A stretch of DNA of 36,302 nucleotides from Octopus bimaculoides (Eukaryota). Below, piece after piece: positions 23,073 through 35,240 of this stretch. Each line of letters begins with the position of its first letter. Position 1 is the stretch's first letter. The DNA is taken from assembly GCF_001194135.2 (NCBI RefSeq), contig NC_068983.1, forward strand, positions 87,775,405 through 87,811,706, given 5' to 3'. The notes below the pieces were generated by a model that searched no databases, was not told the DNA's origin, and saw only the letters and a list, made by a program, of their open reading frames with translations. A program made the translations under genes and the position numbers.

Positions 23073-23280
23073 TTTTGCCGAATCGCTAATTTACGGGGAC
23101 ATAAACACACCAACATCGGTGTGTGTGCGTGTTTACGTGTGTCTGTGTTTGTCCCCCACCCCACCATCGGTTGACAACCGATGTTGGTGTGTTTATGTCC
23201 CCGTAAATTAGCGGTTCGGCAAAAGAGACTGATAGAATAAGCAGTCAAATGAGTGAAACATGAAAGAATAAAAGGAAAAA
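23073..23280. mobile_element. SINE family A 3' part with a 48-bp inverted duplication
   Basis: The plus-strand tail runs 23140-23280. Segment 23073-23120 is the reverse complement of 23177-23224 at 47/48. Confidence 0.85.
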
Positions 23281-23339
23281 AAAACTGTGTCATGTGGTGG
23301 TATTAAACCGGGCGACAGATTAAGCCTACCACTCATGCA

Positions 23340-23524
23340 GACCACGACGGGATTTGAACTCAGAATGCTAAAATCCGGAATAAATATTTAAAATCATCCG
23401 GTCTGGCATGCTTACAGTTCATCGGCCCCGGAAAGATGAAAGGTAGATTTGATCTCTGCCGGCATTTGAACTCAATTTGTAGATTCAGAACAAATATTGC
23501 GAGACATTCTGTCCGAAGCTTTAA
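23340..23524 (-). mobile_element. Degenerate SINE family C fragments
   Basis: atttgaactcag (B box, reverse strand) occurs twice, plus ggaaagatgaaaggtagatttga. These match family C at 30040-30251. Confidence 0.65.
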
Positions 23525-23525
23525 C

Positions 23526-23564
<39 letters not shown>

Positions 23565-23615
23565 ATAGTAGTAGTAGTAGTAGTAGTAGCAGCAGCAGCA
23601 GCAGCAGCAGCAGCG

Positions 23616-23669
<54 letters not shown>

Positions 23670-23670
23670 A

Positions 23671-23715
<45 letters not shown>

Positions 23716-23738
23716 CAGTAGTTGTTGTTATTGTTGTT
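23526..23738. repeat. Compound (GTA)n-(GCA)n-(GTA)n trinucleotide repeat
   Basis: Direct reading. Confidence 0.95.
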
Positions 23739-23739
23739 T

Positions 23740-24340
23740 AGCTCCCGGTCAACTCAGAATGAACAGTTGCTCTGGTCCGGCTGTTATTTTCCCATCTTTT
23801 GGGCCGAGTTAGTTTTACATTATCTAATGTGCTCTTTTCTGTTTTCTTTTTTAGGATGGAGTATGAATTGAGGGTGATTAGCTAGTTATTTCCAGCAGAA
23901 CAGTGAGGCTTTCTCACTGGCACAATAGTAATGGTTGTTGTTTAGCCACAGGTCTCTGATCAAAAGTATTCCAGTAGTGACAATCTTGTAATTTTAAAAC
24001 GAAGTGTATGATTTGAAGAAGATTTGGCGGCTATTCCCAGCAAGTGGTTATGGCTATAGATGCTGATATTTCGCGCCTGTCATCCCTGACCGAACAGGCG
24101 TTCCAGTTATGGCCGTCCTAACTTCTTAAAAAGTCAGGTGTGATTAGAGGATTAGCCTTAATCAGTTAAGTCTAATTAAAGCAAACGTTTGAGCAAAAGC
24201 TGTCTTTTTTAAGGAATAGTGTATCAAGCACTACCATCATTATTCTGGAAACGCTGTCTCTTCTTCACTTACTAAGACGATGCAGTGTGATTCGAGGAGA
24301 GATTTGGTCGCTATTTCCAGCATGTCGAGTAACCACATAA
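23740..24340 (+). mobile_element. Cluster of degenerate copies of an interspersed repeat (family D)
   Basis: The motif gtgtgatttgagggagatttggctgctatttc recurs at 23876, 24021 and 24301, also at 21637, 25896 and 26409, and on the minus strand at ~34320. Confidence 0.7.
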
Positions 24341-24400
24341 AATGTAGGAATGCTGGTTGGATTTTATATGTGTATGTGTGTGAGTGAGTGTAAGTGAGTA

Positions 24401-24452
<52 letters not shown>

Positions 24453-24462
24453 NNNNNNNNNN

Positions 24463-24502
<40 letters not shown>

Positions 24503-24883
24503 TGTCTGTGTCTGTGTGTGCCTGTGTGTGTGTAAGCACACAATAAAGCTATAGACAATAAAATGTAAATATTGGGTTGAAAATCCCTTTTGGACAGAAA
24601 AAGTCGAAGGCTGCCATAAGGGTTTTTCAACCCCAAATTTACATGTTACTATTTATAGCTTTATGTATGTGCTTCGAGACGCACACACACACACATCAGC
24701 ATGAAGTGACTGCCTAACTGAGACACGCTTGTTCTTTTCTCTCCCCTCCTCTATCCTTTCCATTGAGGAGCGCAGACTCGAAACGTTAAAGACGTCTTTC
24801 AATTTTTCTTAGAGTCAATCTAATGCCCCTGTTTATTTGTTGTTTTATCTCGTCTAGGTGATTTTGCTTTTCCATCTTTTTTA

Positions 24884-24917
<34 letters not shown>

Positions 24918-25168
24918 TTGCATAAGTATGTATGGGTGTATGTAAGTATATAGTATTGATAGCAGTGGTGGTGATGGTTGGTGCCGTTTAATAATGTGGC
25001 TGTCGACGTTTAACGCCAAATCAGCCCTCATCGACCAAAGGTGTCCCAACTGTTCTTTTAACAGATATAATTTATCTACGAATTACTCGATCTAATATGT
25101 CCAGCTTTCTTTAAAGATGGTAGTGTGCAATTTGTTGCAGATTTAGTTGATATGTCTATAATATGGAG

Positions 25169-25506
25169 TAGTGGTTCTCTACCGGGGTCATTATGACCTG
25201 CAGAGTTCCATATAAGATCTCCGGGGTCCATGCTAGCGAAATAGTAAATTAGGGATTCACGCTAGTATCTTAAGGATCCATGAAAAGTTTTGATTTAAAT
25301 GTATGTATTACAGAAACTGCTAGGTTTCTTTCTCTAACATTTTACATAGTTGAAGCTGTACAAATGAATGAGTGAATGACAAAATAAGAACTTTGAAACA
25401 ATTATCTATAAAATTAGTTTTTAAGTTTGGAATGGGTGTGGTGATCCACCAGAATAAGATAGTAATCAAAGGAGTCTATAGGTAAAAAAATGGTTGAGAA
25501 CCTCTG
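25169..25506. mobile_element. hAT-Charlie (MER5-like) MITE, 338 bp
   Basis: TIRs TAGTGGTTCTCTACC and GGTTGAGAACCTCTG fit the CAGTGGTTCTCAACC consensus. The 8-bp flanks are ATATGGAG and ATCTAGAG; the latter matches the Charlie NTCTAGAN target. Confidence 0.85.
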
Positions 25507-26229
25507 ATCTAGAGAAACTATGTTGAAGCTGCATGGTGGTGAGTGATGGTAGGAGTGCTATTAGTGTTAGGGCTGGAAGTGGTGGTGGCGGTGATAGTTT
25601 TGAAAGTGTGATGGTGATGGTGGTGGTGGTGTTATTGTTGATGGTAGTGGTAGTAGAAGTAATGGTGGTGATGGGACTAGTAGGGGTGGTGAGGGTTAAA
25701 CAATGGGTAGATTATAGGTACAGTATTATGTATGTGGTAGTAGCGATGGTAGTTATTTAGGCCCAAGTTAGCTCTGGTTAAGCAAATATATGATCAAAAG
25801 GCTTGACAACAGTGACCATCCTAACGTTTGCATACGATATTACTTTATCCGTTTCCTCCTTGCTTTTTTAAGACAGTGGGGTGTAAGTGAACTGTGATTT
25901 GGCTGCTATTTCTAATATTTTGAGAGACCACATAGCAGACCCCATCGTCTCGAGGAAACGGTAATTTGTGGTGGAGATGGTGGTGGAGATGGTGGTGGTG
26001 GTGGTGGTGGTGGTGGTTTTGGTAGTTGTAAAAAGAATTTGTTTGAAATAGTGTGTAATTGAAGGGTCCTTTCTCTTGGATAACATTGGGTCAGGTGAGT
26101 TATAAAGAGTCGGGAAGAAGTAGTACTGCTGCCCTCTTCACTTCAAACTTTCCCCCAGTTTGTATAGCTTCATTACTAATTACAGCCAACTAACCAACCG
26201 ACCAACCGACCAACCAACCAACTAACTAA

Positions 26230-26360
26230 TTTATCACCCGAAAGCATCAAAGGTAAAGTTGACCTCGGCGAGATTCGAACACAAAATGCCGAGAATTGGA
26301 TGAACCACCGTAAGATATTCTATCCAAACCACGAATGAATCTGCCAACTCGTCACCTTGT
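26230..26360 (-). mobile_element. Degenerate SINE family C
   Basis: ttatcacccgaaagcatcaaaggtaaagttgacctcggcgagattcgaac...tctgccaactcgtcacc. Confidence 0.75.
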
Positions 26361-26550
26361 AATCCAGTATGATCCATCTTTTTGCGTATGACAGCGTAAT
26401 CTGCGAGGGATTTGGCTGCTCTCTCCTTTTTTTTTTTCAGTTCTTCGACTCAAACATGAAATGTGGTTAACGGAAACTGTACAGAAGCTCCTCAGAGGGT
26501 TAATCCCTGTTTTGAGGCGGTGGACGGCGGGATTAATACATCCATCTTAC

Positions 26551-26654
26551 CTTTGGGTCTCTGTATGAGAAGACAACTCGTTTGCCAACGTCTGTGTCGA
26601 GTCTTTGCCTTAAGGAGATAACTTCCCCCGTTCCCTACTACCAGTCACAAGGAT
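26551..26654 (-). other. Candidate 104-nt spliced exon, apparently non-coding (5'UTR, lncRNA or poison exon)
   Basis: Acceptor tcttttttgttttttgtttattttttAG and donor AAG|GTAAGA, with ~50% GC unique sequence between. There is no ATG, and all three frames contain a stop. Confidence 0.5.
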
Positions 26655-27084
26655 CTAAAAAATAAACAAAAAACAAAAAAGAGGGGCCAAGGAAGCTGCT
26701 TTCTTCCTGTGACAGAGGTTCCCTCCCTTATTTGTAGTGTGTATTGATGGTGTGTAGTGATGTGTCGTGGAGATGATGCATTATGATGATACATTGTGAT
26801 GCTGTAATGGTGTAGTATCGAGTGTCTGGTAGTGTTGTGGCAGTGGTACGCTGTTGTACTGTAAATGGTATGGTGCTGTAGACAAAGATGTGGTGGTTCG
26901 GCAATGTTGTGGTGGAGGACGTGTGGCGGTGTTGGGTAGGGGTGACTAGCTAGCGAGATAGTACTGTTAGTGGTGTGATGCCGACGGTACTACGGTGGAG
27001 GCGGAGGGGCGATCAATTACTAATATTTTTATGTTGTGGTAAATATGAAGGTGTTGCTGTGTTGCTACTGACGTAGCTGCCGCT

Positions 27085-27190
27085 GCTGTTGTTGTTGTTG
27101 TTGTTGTTGTTGGTGTTGTTGTTATTGACGATGATGATGATGATGACGATGATGATGATGACGATGATGATGACGATGATCATCATTATC
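27085..27190. repeat. (GTT)n-(GAT)n trinucleotide tract
   Basis: Direct reading. Confidence 0.9.
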
Positions 27191-27938
27191 AGCGGCAGCA
27201 GAAATCAAAGGAGATGAGAGAAATCGGTTGATGAGAAGATATTGAATAAGCAAATTTCAAAGGTTGATAGTGGTGATGGTAGTGTTGGTGGTGGTGGTGA
27301 TGGTGGTGTTGTTGATGTTGTTGTTGTTGGTGGTGGTGGTAGGTTGTGAATACGATAGTGTGGGGTTAGGGATTCAAAGCCAGATCGAAAGAATATTGCA
27401 AAGGTGGTGGTGGTGGGGGGGTTGGTGGAAGAGAGGAGAACAACAGAGATCATAACAGAAATAGGGGAGGGGTGAGCGTTAGAGTGTAATGGTGGAAGGT
27501 GGGGGGGAGGATATGAATGAGAATGAGAATGAGTAAAGTGGGGTTGGGGGTGGGGAGTATTAAAATAGAAGAGGGAGGGGGAGGAGTCGGAATGAGAAAT
27601 GTTAAGGTGCTGGGGTAGAGGGGGAGAGCGAAGAAAATATAGGAGAAAAAACAAATAAAGAATGGAGTGATAGAGGCGGGAGGGGGATTTGAGGAAGAGA
27701 AAGAGAAAGCGATTGAAGTTGTGAAGAAAGAAAGAAGGAAACTAAGAGGTCTCGGAAGCATAAATGAGAAAGGTAAGAGAGAGAGAGTGAAAGAGAGGGT
27801 GGGGAGAGGGAGGAGGAGAAAGAATAATAGACAGATAATACAGAAGTCATTGGAGAGGGAGGGAATAAGTGTGGGTGGGTGTGATTTATACACAGATATT
27901 TACACACATACACACATATATATACAAACACATGTACA

Positions 27939-27943
<5 letters not shown>

Positions 27944-28017
<74 letters not shown>

Positions 28018-28226
28018 GCACTCATATAATATGTATGTATGGATGTATGTATGTATCTATCTATCTATCTATTCTAACACACTCACACACACACACGTGT
28101 GTGAAGATGTGTTTATGTGGTAGAATGTAAGGAGTAAATAAAAAGATGAGTTGAAAGAGAGAGAGCGAGAGAGAGAGAGAGAGGGAGAGGCAGACAGACA
28201 AGCAGAGTACTGAGAAGGAAAGATGT

Positions 28227-28310
<84 letters not shown>
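27944..28310. repeat. Long (TA)n (27944-28015) and (GA)n (~28228-28310) microsatellites with intervening low complexity
   Basis: Direct reading. Confidence 0.9.
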
Positions 28311-28313
<3 letters not shown>

Positions 28314-28334
28314 TAAAGAGGTAAAGAGCACCAA

Positions 28335-28436
28335 ACGCGTATTAATTTCAATGAAACCCCGCCTACTTTGGTATAGCAACCCGGCAGAAGTGGGGCGTGT
28401 CCTGCAGAAGGGATAACCCAATGAAAAACGGTATGT
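28335..28436 (+). promoter_or_regulatory. Promoter-like motif cluster (two GC boxes, CCAAT)
   Basis: CCCCGCC at 28357-28363, GGGGCGTG at 28392-28399, CCAAT at 28418-28422 and ACGCGT at 28335-28340. This is motif evidence only. Confidence 0.25.
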
Positions 28437-28887
28437 CTAGTTTGCAGTGACTAATCAGAAATCTTCCTTTCTGTTGCTGGTCCAAAACATCCAGCCTCGA
28501 GCACGTCTACAACCACAGCCAAAATTATAATCACTACCACTTATTAAACCATCCATTACTAACACCAATACCATCGGTAACAATGTGTATACATACAGAA
28601 ATATACATACATGCATATATACATACATACATGCATTCATGCGCTCATTTACTTTACATCAACTATAGACGCAAACAAACACGGGCATATACACGAAACG
28701 TGCACACATACACACATGCACACACACGTGCGACGCGCACACACACATTCACATACATATACACACACACGGTCTCTCTCTCTCTTTGTTTCTCTCCCTC
28801 TCTTTCTCTCTCTCCCTCTCTCTCTCACACACACACGAAAGCGACAAATTCAGTGTAGTAAAGGATAGATTTATCAACTTATCAGTT

Positions 28888-28934
<47 letters not shown>

Positions 28935-28939
<5 letters not shown>

Positions 28940-29150
28940 TGTGTCTGTGTTTGTCCCCCCATCATCGCTTGACAACCGATGTTGGTGTGTTCATGTCCCC
29001 GTAACTTAGCGGTTCGGCAAAAAGAGACCGATAGAATAAGTACTAGGCTTACAAAGAATAAGTCCTGGGGTCGATTTGCTCGACTAAAGGCGGTGCTCCA
29101 GCATGGCCACAATCAAATGACTGAAACAAGTAAAAGAGTAAAAGAGTAAA
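28935..29150 (+). mobile_element. SINE family A 3' part, young and well preserved
   Basis: gtttgtcccccc...cgcttgacaaccgatgttggtgtg...cggcaaaaagagaccgatagaataagtactaggcttacaaag...ggcggtgctccagcatggcc...gaaacaag(taaaagag)n, a tandem-repeat tail typical of RTE-mobilised SINEs. Confidence 0.93.
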
Positions 29151-29539
29151 GAGTTTGTGTATGTCCCCTGTAGAAACGGGGACGGTGAAATTCAGAAGTG
29201 GTATCAAAGTTCGCTTCCCGACAATGACCGTTAATATGTTCAATCCCATATCGTGGAATTCTGGTTTTTTTTTGTTTTTTTTTCTTCTTCCAATTAAAGC
29301 CCCAGATCGTCCGGAAACCTTTGGATAGAGTGAAACTATGTGGAAGCCCTTGGTGATGATTGTTCCTGTAATTGTTACGAGATGGCTGTCCTCATACAGC
29401 AACTATTAAGGCACTCCTGTCCCTCTCATCTCAGCATCCCAGATGCACCCAACTACCTTCTGCACTTACCATTATACCCAATCCTTCAGTCCCGCTCACT
29501 TGGATCTCGTCCACGCACATATCTTCACTACAGGTATTG

Positions 29540-30251
<712 letters not shown>

Positions 30252-30320
30252 TCAATAACAATAACAATAACAACAACAACAACAATAATAATAATAATAA
30301 TAATAACAATAATGATGATG

Positions 30321-30386
<66 letters not shown>

Positions 30387-30954
30387 NNNNNNNNNNNNNN
30401 NNNNNNNNNNNNNNNNNNNNNNNNNNNNNNNNNNNNNNNNNNNNNNNNNNNNNNNNNNNNNNNNNNNNNNNNNNNNNNNNNNNNNNNNNNNNNNNNNNNN
30501 NNNNNNNNNNNNNNNNNNNNNNNNNNNNNNNNNNNNNNNNNNNNNNNNNNNNNNNNNNNNNNNNNNNNNNNNNNNNNNNNNNNNNNNNNNNNNNNNNNNN
30601 NNNNNNNNNNNNNNNNNNNNNNNNNNNNNNNNNNNNNNNNNNNNNNNNNNNNNNNNNNNNNNNNNNNNNNNNNNNNNNNNNNNNNNNNNNNNNNNNNNNN
30701 NNNNNNNNNNNNNNNNNNNNNNNNNNNNNNNNNNNNNNNNNNNNNNNNNNNNNNNNNCCTGCCCGATCGAAGGAGGGAGGTGGTGCGGTCATCACTACAG
30801 ACTTGACCGACAGACGGATCCGTCCTACACGTGACAGCAGCTGTTCGACATAACCCCACAAGTCAGCAATGCCTTCCTCCTCCTCCTCCTCCTCCTCCTC
30901 CTCTCTGTAGCGAAGAACCTCTTGTGTGTGTGTGCGCGTGTGCGCGTGAGTGTT

Positions 30955-31105
30955 TACTATTATATCCCGTAGTATAGCGGCTCGATAAACAGAGAACGAT
31001 AAAACACATATCTGACTTTAAAATGATTAATAAAGTCAACTAAACACTTGTAGACGGTGCTCCAGAGTGGCCACAGTGCAATGATTGAAACAAGTAATAA
31101 AAAAA
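30955..31105 (+). mobile_element. Degenerate SINE family A 3' part
   Basis: cccgtagtatagcggctcg...acggtgctccagagtggccacagtgcaatgattgaaacaagtaa. Confidence 0.8.
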
Positions 31106-31674
31106 TTATAAGTTTAATGAACATTTAATTAGCGTTGCTGTGATGTATTAGACCTGCCCATATTAGACTGTTGCTTGGTCTAACATACCATTAATCAAGC
31201 CTTTAACGGAGGCCCACTCCTTACTTGATGTCTCAAGTACAGAGTGGCCTCTGTATTCACACATCTTTTTGTGTAGAGCCACTGTTTGTTACTCATTATC
31301 GGTGGAAGCAGCCGGCCATTTAATGTAAGCCCACAACCACATACGACAGGTGTCCAGACACCAGAGCAACACCTGAGTTTGCCCTGTTTGCTGACAGACG
31401 CGCCTGCGTCCGCAGACTCACCCTGTATCGCTTAAAAGGATCACAACAGTCGTTAAGAACAACCAATAAATCTTAGCGGGAAGCGTCTTACTTCTCCCCC
31501 TCCCCCCACCTCTCCTTTCTATTGCATTTTTTGAGGCCCTGCAAGTAACATGTCAACCCATTTCTTTTAACTGAGCCGTACAAAACACTCTAACGCCCTG
31601 AGTTGAACCCCACGCCTCGATTAACCTTAGCTTCTCACGCTTCTCTGTGTGTTACGGTGACTATGATCATTTAC

Positions 31675-31850
31675 ATTTAGCGGCATTTCCTCCGTCTCTA
31701 CGTTGTGAGTTCAAATTCCACCAAGGTTGACTTTGCCTTTCATCCTTTCGAAGTCGATTAAATAAGTATCAGTTGAGCACTGGAATCGATTTTATCAACG
31801 TATCCTCTTCCCCGAACTTGCTGGCCTTGTGTCAAAATTTGGAACCAATA
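31675..31850 (+). mobile_element. SINE family C (5'-eroded)
   Basis: ttagcggcattt...gagttcaaattccaccaaggttgactttgcctttcatcctttcgaagtcgattaaataagtatcag. Confidence 0.88.
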
Positions 31851-32179
31851 TAATCATATACATTCACTCCTCTCACAAAATATATGTGGCCGTGTATGGC
31901 TTGTGTTGGAAGTTCCTCAATGCCACAGATAAAAATATGACAGGAAATTGCGCAGAAATCTATCAAATCTGTGAATGTGGAATTTGAAATGCTTGGTTTG
32001 TAATATCTGAGTTCTTTGGTATATCTCAGGGGTAATGGAAAATGTATCTGAGTTTCGAAACAGCAGTACTGCATTCAGTCATTCCATTATCCACTATTGC
32101 ACACACGCGCGACTGTAAGCTTGCGAAGCCACGCCCATTTCTTCGAACTGTGATAGTGGCGGTAAAGTGAGAATGGCTG

Positions 32180-32221
32180 AGAGATCGATCGATAGATGGA
32201 TAGATAGACAGACAGACAGAC

Positions 32222-32297
<76 letters not shown>
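32180..32297. repeat. (GATA)n-(GACA)n-(GA)n microsatellite
   Basis: Direct reading. Confidence 0.95.
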
Positions 32298-32644
32298 TGA
32301 GTCATCTATAAACAGAACAGTCAGACAGAGAGAGAAGCATGGAGAAAAGGAGAGAGACAAACTGAATCTGCGAATTACAGATATATCGATAGAGGGATCA
32401 ACCAAAAAATCTGATTGGGAAGTGCTGACGTTCTTTCTTTTAAAATTCTGTTTTTCTTTCTTTTTTATGTTTTATTTTCTTTCCCTTTTGACACAAGTAA
32501 TGCTCATCTGCAAATGTGTTGACACGTCCCCAGTATTTTACTGTTAATAACCGGTATTATTTCGAATGGTTTGCATTCAGTTATCAAAGCGTCTTGTGTT
32601 TACATCAAGAAATTCTCTTGTATTGTAAGTAATTTCTGACAAAT

Positions 32645-32816
32645 GCACAGGCGTGACTGTTTGGTAAGAATATTGCTTCCCAACCACATGGTTCCTGGTT
32701 TAGTACCACTGCGTGGGACCTTGCGTGAGTGTCTTCCACAGTAGCCTCAGGCTGACTAAAGCCTTATGAGTAGATTTGGTAGAAGGAAACTGAAAGAATC
32801 ACGTTGTATACGTATA

Positions 32817-32847
<31 letters not shown>

Positions 32848-33137
32848 CTTTTTCTCTTTGTCTCCCCTCCCCCCCTACCGTTTGACAACAGGTGTTGGAT
32901 TGTTTACGTCTTTGTAACTTAGCAGTTCGATAACAGAGACCGATAGAATAAGCACCAAGCTTTAACCCCCCCCCCCCCNNNNNNNNNNNNNNNNNNNNNN
33001 NNNNNNNNNNNNNNNNNNNNNNNNNNNNNNNNNNNNNNNAAAAAAAAACACTGGGTCGATTCAGTCGACTAAAAATTTAAGGCTGAGCCCCCAGCATGGC
33101 CGCAGACTAATGGCTGAAACAAATAAAAGAGAAAAGA
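32645..33137 (+). mobile_element. Full-architecture SINE family A: tRNA head, (TG)n linker and 3' tail (spans a small gap)
   Basis: Head 32645-32805, (TG)n, then tail 32850-33137 ending cccagcatggccgcagac...gaaacaaataaaagag. This shows that the separate head and tail fragments elsewhere belong to one element. Confidence 0.88.
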
Positions 33138-33209
33138 TCTGCCCAAGGCCAGAAATAAGTGTGTGTGTGTGTGTGTGTGAGATTGAGGTGGGGGAGATGA
33201 ATACTCTAT

Positions 33210-33580
33210 TATTTGGATCCCAGTACTATATTTTATCGACCCCAGAAGGAGGAAAGGCATATTTAGCATTTGCAGGGTTTAAAATCAGAAATATAAGGGC
33301 TTTCCTAAATAGTATAAAGTATTTTGTCCGACATTTTAACGATTGTAACAAACTGCCGCTTCATAACTCGTTGAATATCGGCTTCCAATTTTGACATAAG
33401 GTCAGTAATTTTAGGGGCAGGCATAAGTTTATTACATTGACCCTCTCCCAGTGATTAACTGGTGCTTATTTTATCGATCCCGAAAGGATGAAAGAAAGTC
33501 GACCTCGTCGGATTTTGAACTTAGAACGTAAAACCGACGAAATGCCGATAAACATTTTCCCCGGAGTACTTAACGAGTCC
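33210..33580 (-). mobile_element. Two tandem degenerate family C SINEs
   Basis: ttttatcgacccagaaggaggaaaggc at ~33232 and ttttatcgatcccgaaaggatgaaagaaagtcgacctcgtcggattttgaac at ~33470. Confidence 0.8.
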
Positions 33581-34929
33581 TTATAGTGTTTTTTTCTCCT
33601 AACTGGTTTCATCTAAATGAAGGAGTTTTCGCAGACCCTCAGGGACTTATGGAATCGAAGAAAGCCTATGTTCTTGAACAACTATGGCGTTGATAAGAAT
33701 CGACGAAAATTACCTTTGAAGGCGGTGCAGCAAAATGGCTACAGACAAATGTCTGAAACCAATAAAAAGGATTAAAAGAATGAAATAAAGAACACAAGGT
33801 AATTTATTCTGCATATTCATCATCAGTGTTTGACTGCATTAGCAAACAGCCCTAACCCTATTGCTACTGTGACCCCTGATCAAGGGATTAACCACCGATG
33901 GGATTTTTTTAAATCCCTCGGTGGAATTTCAACTTTTACACAAACACCCAGAACAGATATCATCTCTTAGATGCTCAACTAATTTCGCCAACCACCCACT
34001 CCCTGGACAACTAATGTTTTATTTAATGACCCTAAAAGGATGAAAGGTAAAATTGACTGCGGCAAGATTTGAACTCAGAGTGACGATTGTAGGAACAAAT
34101 ATTGTAAGGAAATTCGTCCGATCTTCTAACGATGTTGCCAATCATCACCATCATCCTCATCACCTTTGTCTCTCTCTCTCTCTCTCTTTCCATCTCCCCC
34201 TCTCTCTCTCCTTCATATTATCTTAATATCGATATTGATATCACAAGACTACATTTGGTAAGGAGTGGGCAGTGCAGTTGACTGCAGGAAGCCGCTAACG
34301 TTTATAGTTCGGTCTGCTAGAAATAGCTGCCAAATCTCCCTCAATTACACTCTACATTCTTCAAAGAAGTAAACGTACATTAGATATGCTAAGTCTGAGA
34401 ACAGAAGGCGAATGGTCACTGACAGCAGAGCAAATGATAGTCGGGTGCAATTGACACAACGCAGCCAAACTCAAGACTTTCCTAGGGAACTCAGAGAATA
34501 TTTGGGAGATACCAAAGACATTCACAGAGCGGAAGGGGTTTGACAAAAACTTTGTACACCTGATTAATTTTTACTCTGAAGTTCCGACAGCTGGTGTGTC
34601 TTTAGTTATTTTTAGGTCTGTTTGAGCAGGGTTTAACTGGAGTTTAGCATTTAAAAAGACAACAGTAATGCAAAATATATTTATTGCATCAACCTAGGAA
34701 GGATGAATGGTAAAATTGACCTAAGCGGGATTCGAACTAGAATGAAGAAAAATGCAACTAAACAACACAATATATTATGTCCAATCTCCTCTCTTCTAGT
34801 GAGATAAGCACAGAGTTTCAATGTAGTCACTTGATCTATTAGAAATAGCAGTAAAATCCACTTTAGTTCACTCTTCAGTCGTTTTAAAAATTGGGACAGA
34901 CACAATAGACAATGGAGCCCGGAACGCAC

Positions 34930-35240
34930 AAAATCACTAGATGGTCATGTTTAGAACGCTTCTGATTATAGACAAATTACAATAACGACAACACCTCAAA
35001 AGAGTCCTTGATGTCAATCCTAAGAAATAACTCCAGCGTAAAGGAGATAACCGTTCTTTAAGACACTTTTTTCGTTATAAAAGTACATCTAGGACTTCTA
35101 AAGATAATTACCCTAATAACAAGGTACATCCTAGTATAACTGTCTGGTTGATAATTCCATATGGTAATCAGATCAAATCCAAACTCCCTTACCAGTTTCA
35201 TGGAGCTATAGATAAGAATTTCCCCAAAATTCATGTTGGT
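34930..35240 (+). mobile_element. Fragment of a second Penelope-like lineage (post-RT region)
   Basis: One frame reads VWLIIPYGNQIKSKLPYQFHGAIDKNFPKIH, in gap-free register with the recalled PLE motif IWFNPPY...VKTNIG..FL.LIDKHFPK. An upstream LRNNSSVKEI resembles RLS.NSS..EIF. Confidence 0.6.

Noticed and set aside
26551-26640. Cadherin-like look of the peptide TGEVISLRQRLD
   Set aside because: The match is too short, is preceded by in-frame stops, and lacks the other cadherin motifs (LDRE, DxNDN).
27204-27379. Three WTCAAAG (TCF/LEF-like) words
   Set aside because: They are short motifs in low-complexity sequence, not clearly above chance.
29255-29350. Strong plus-strand polypyrimidine tract with a downstream AG as an exon acceptor
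   Set aside because: The surrounding sequence is an old family A SINE head (gttcaatccc ... gaaactatgtggaagccc) interrupted by a T-run, and the frames close quickly.
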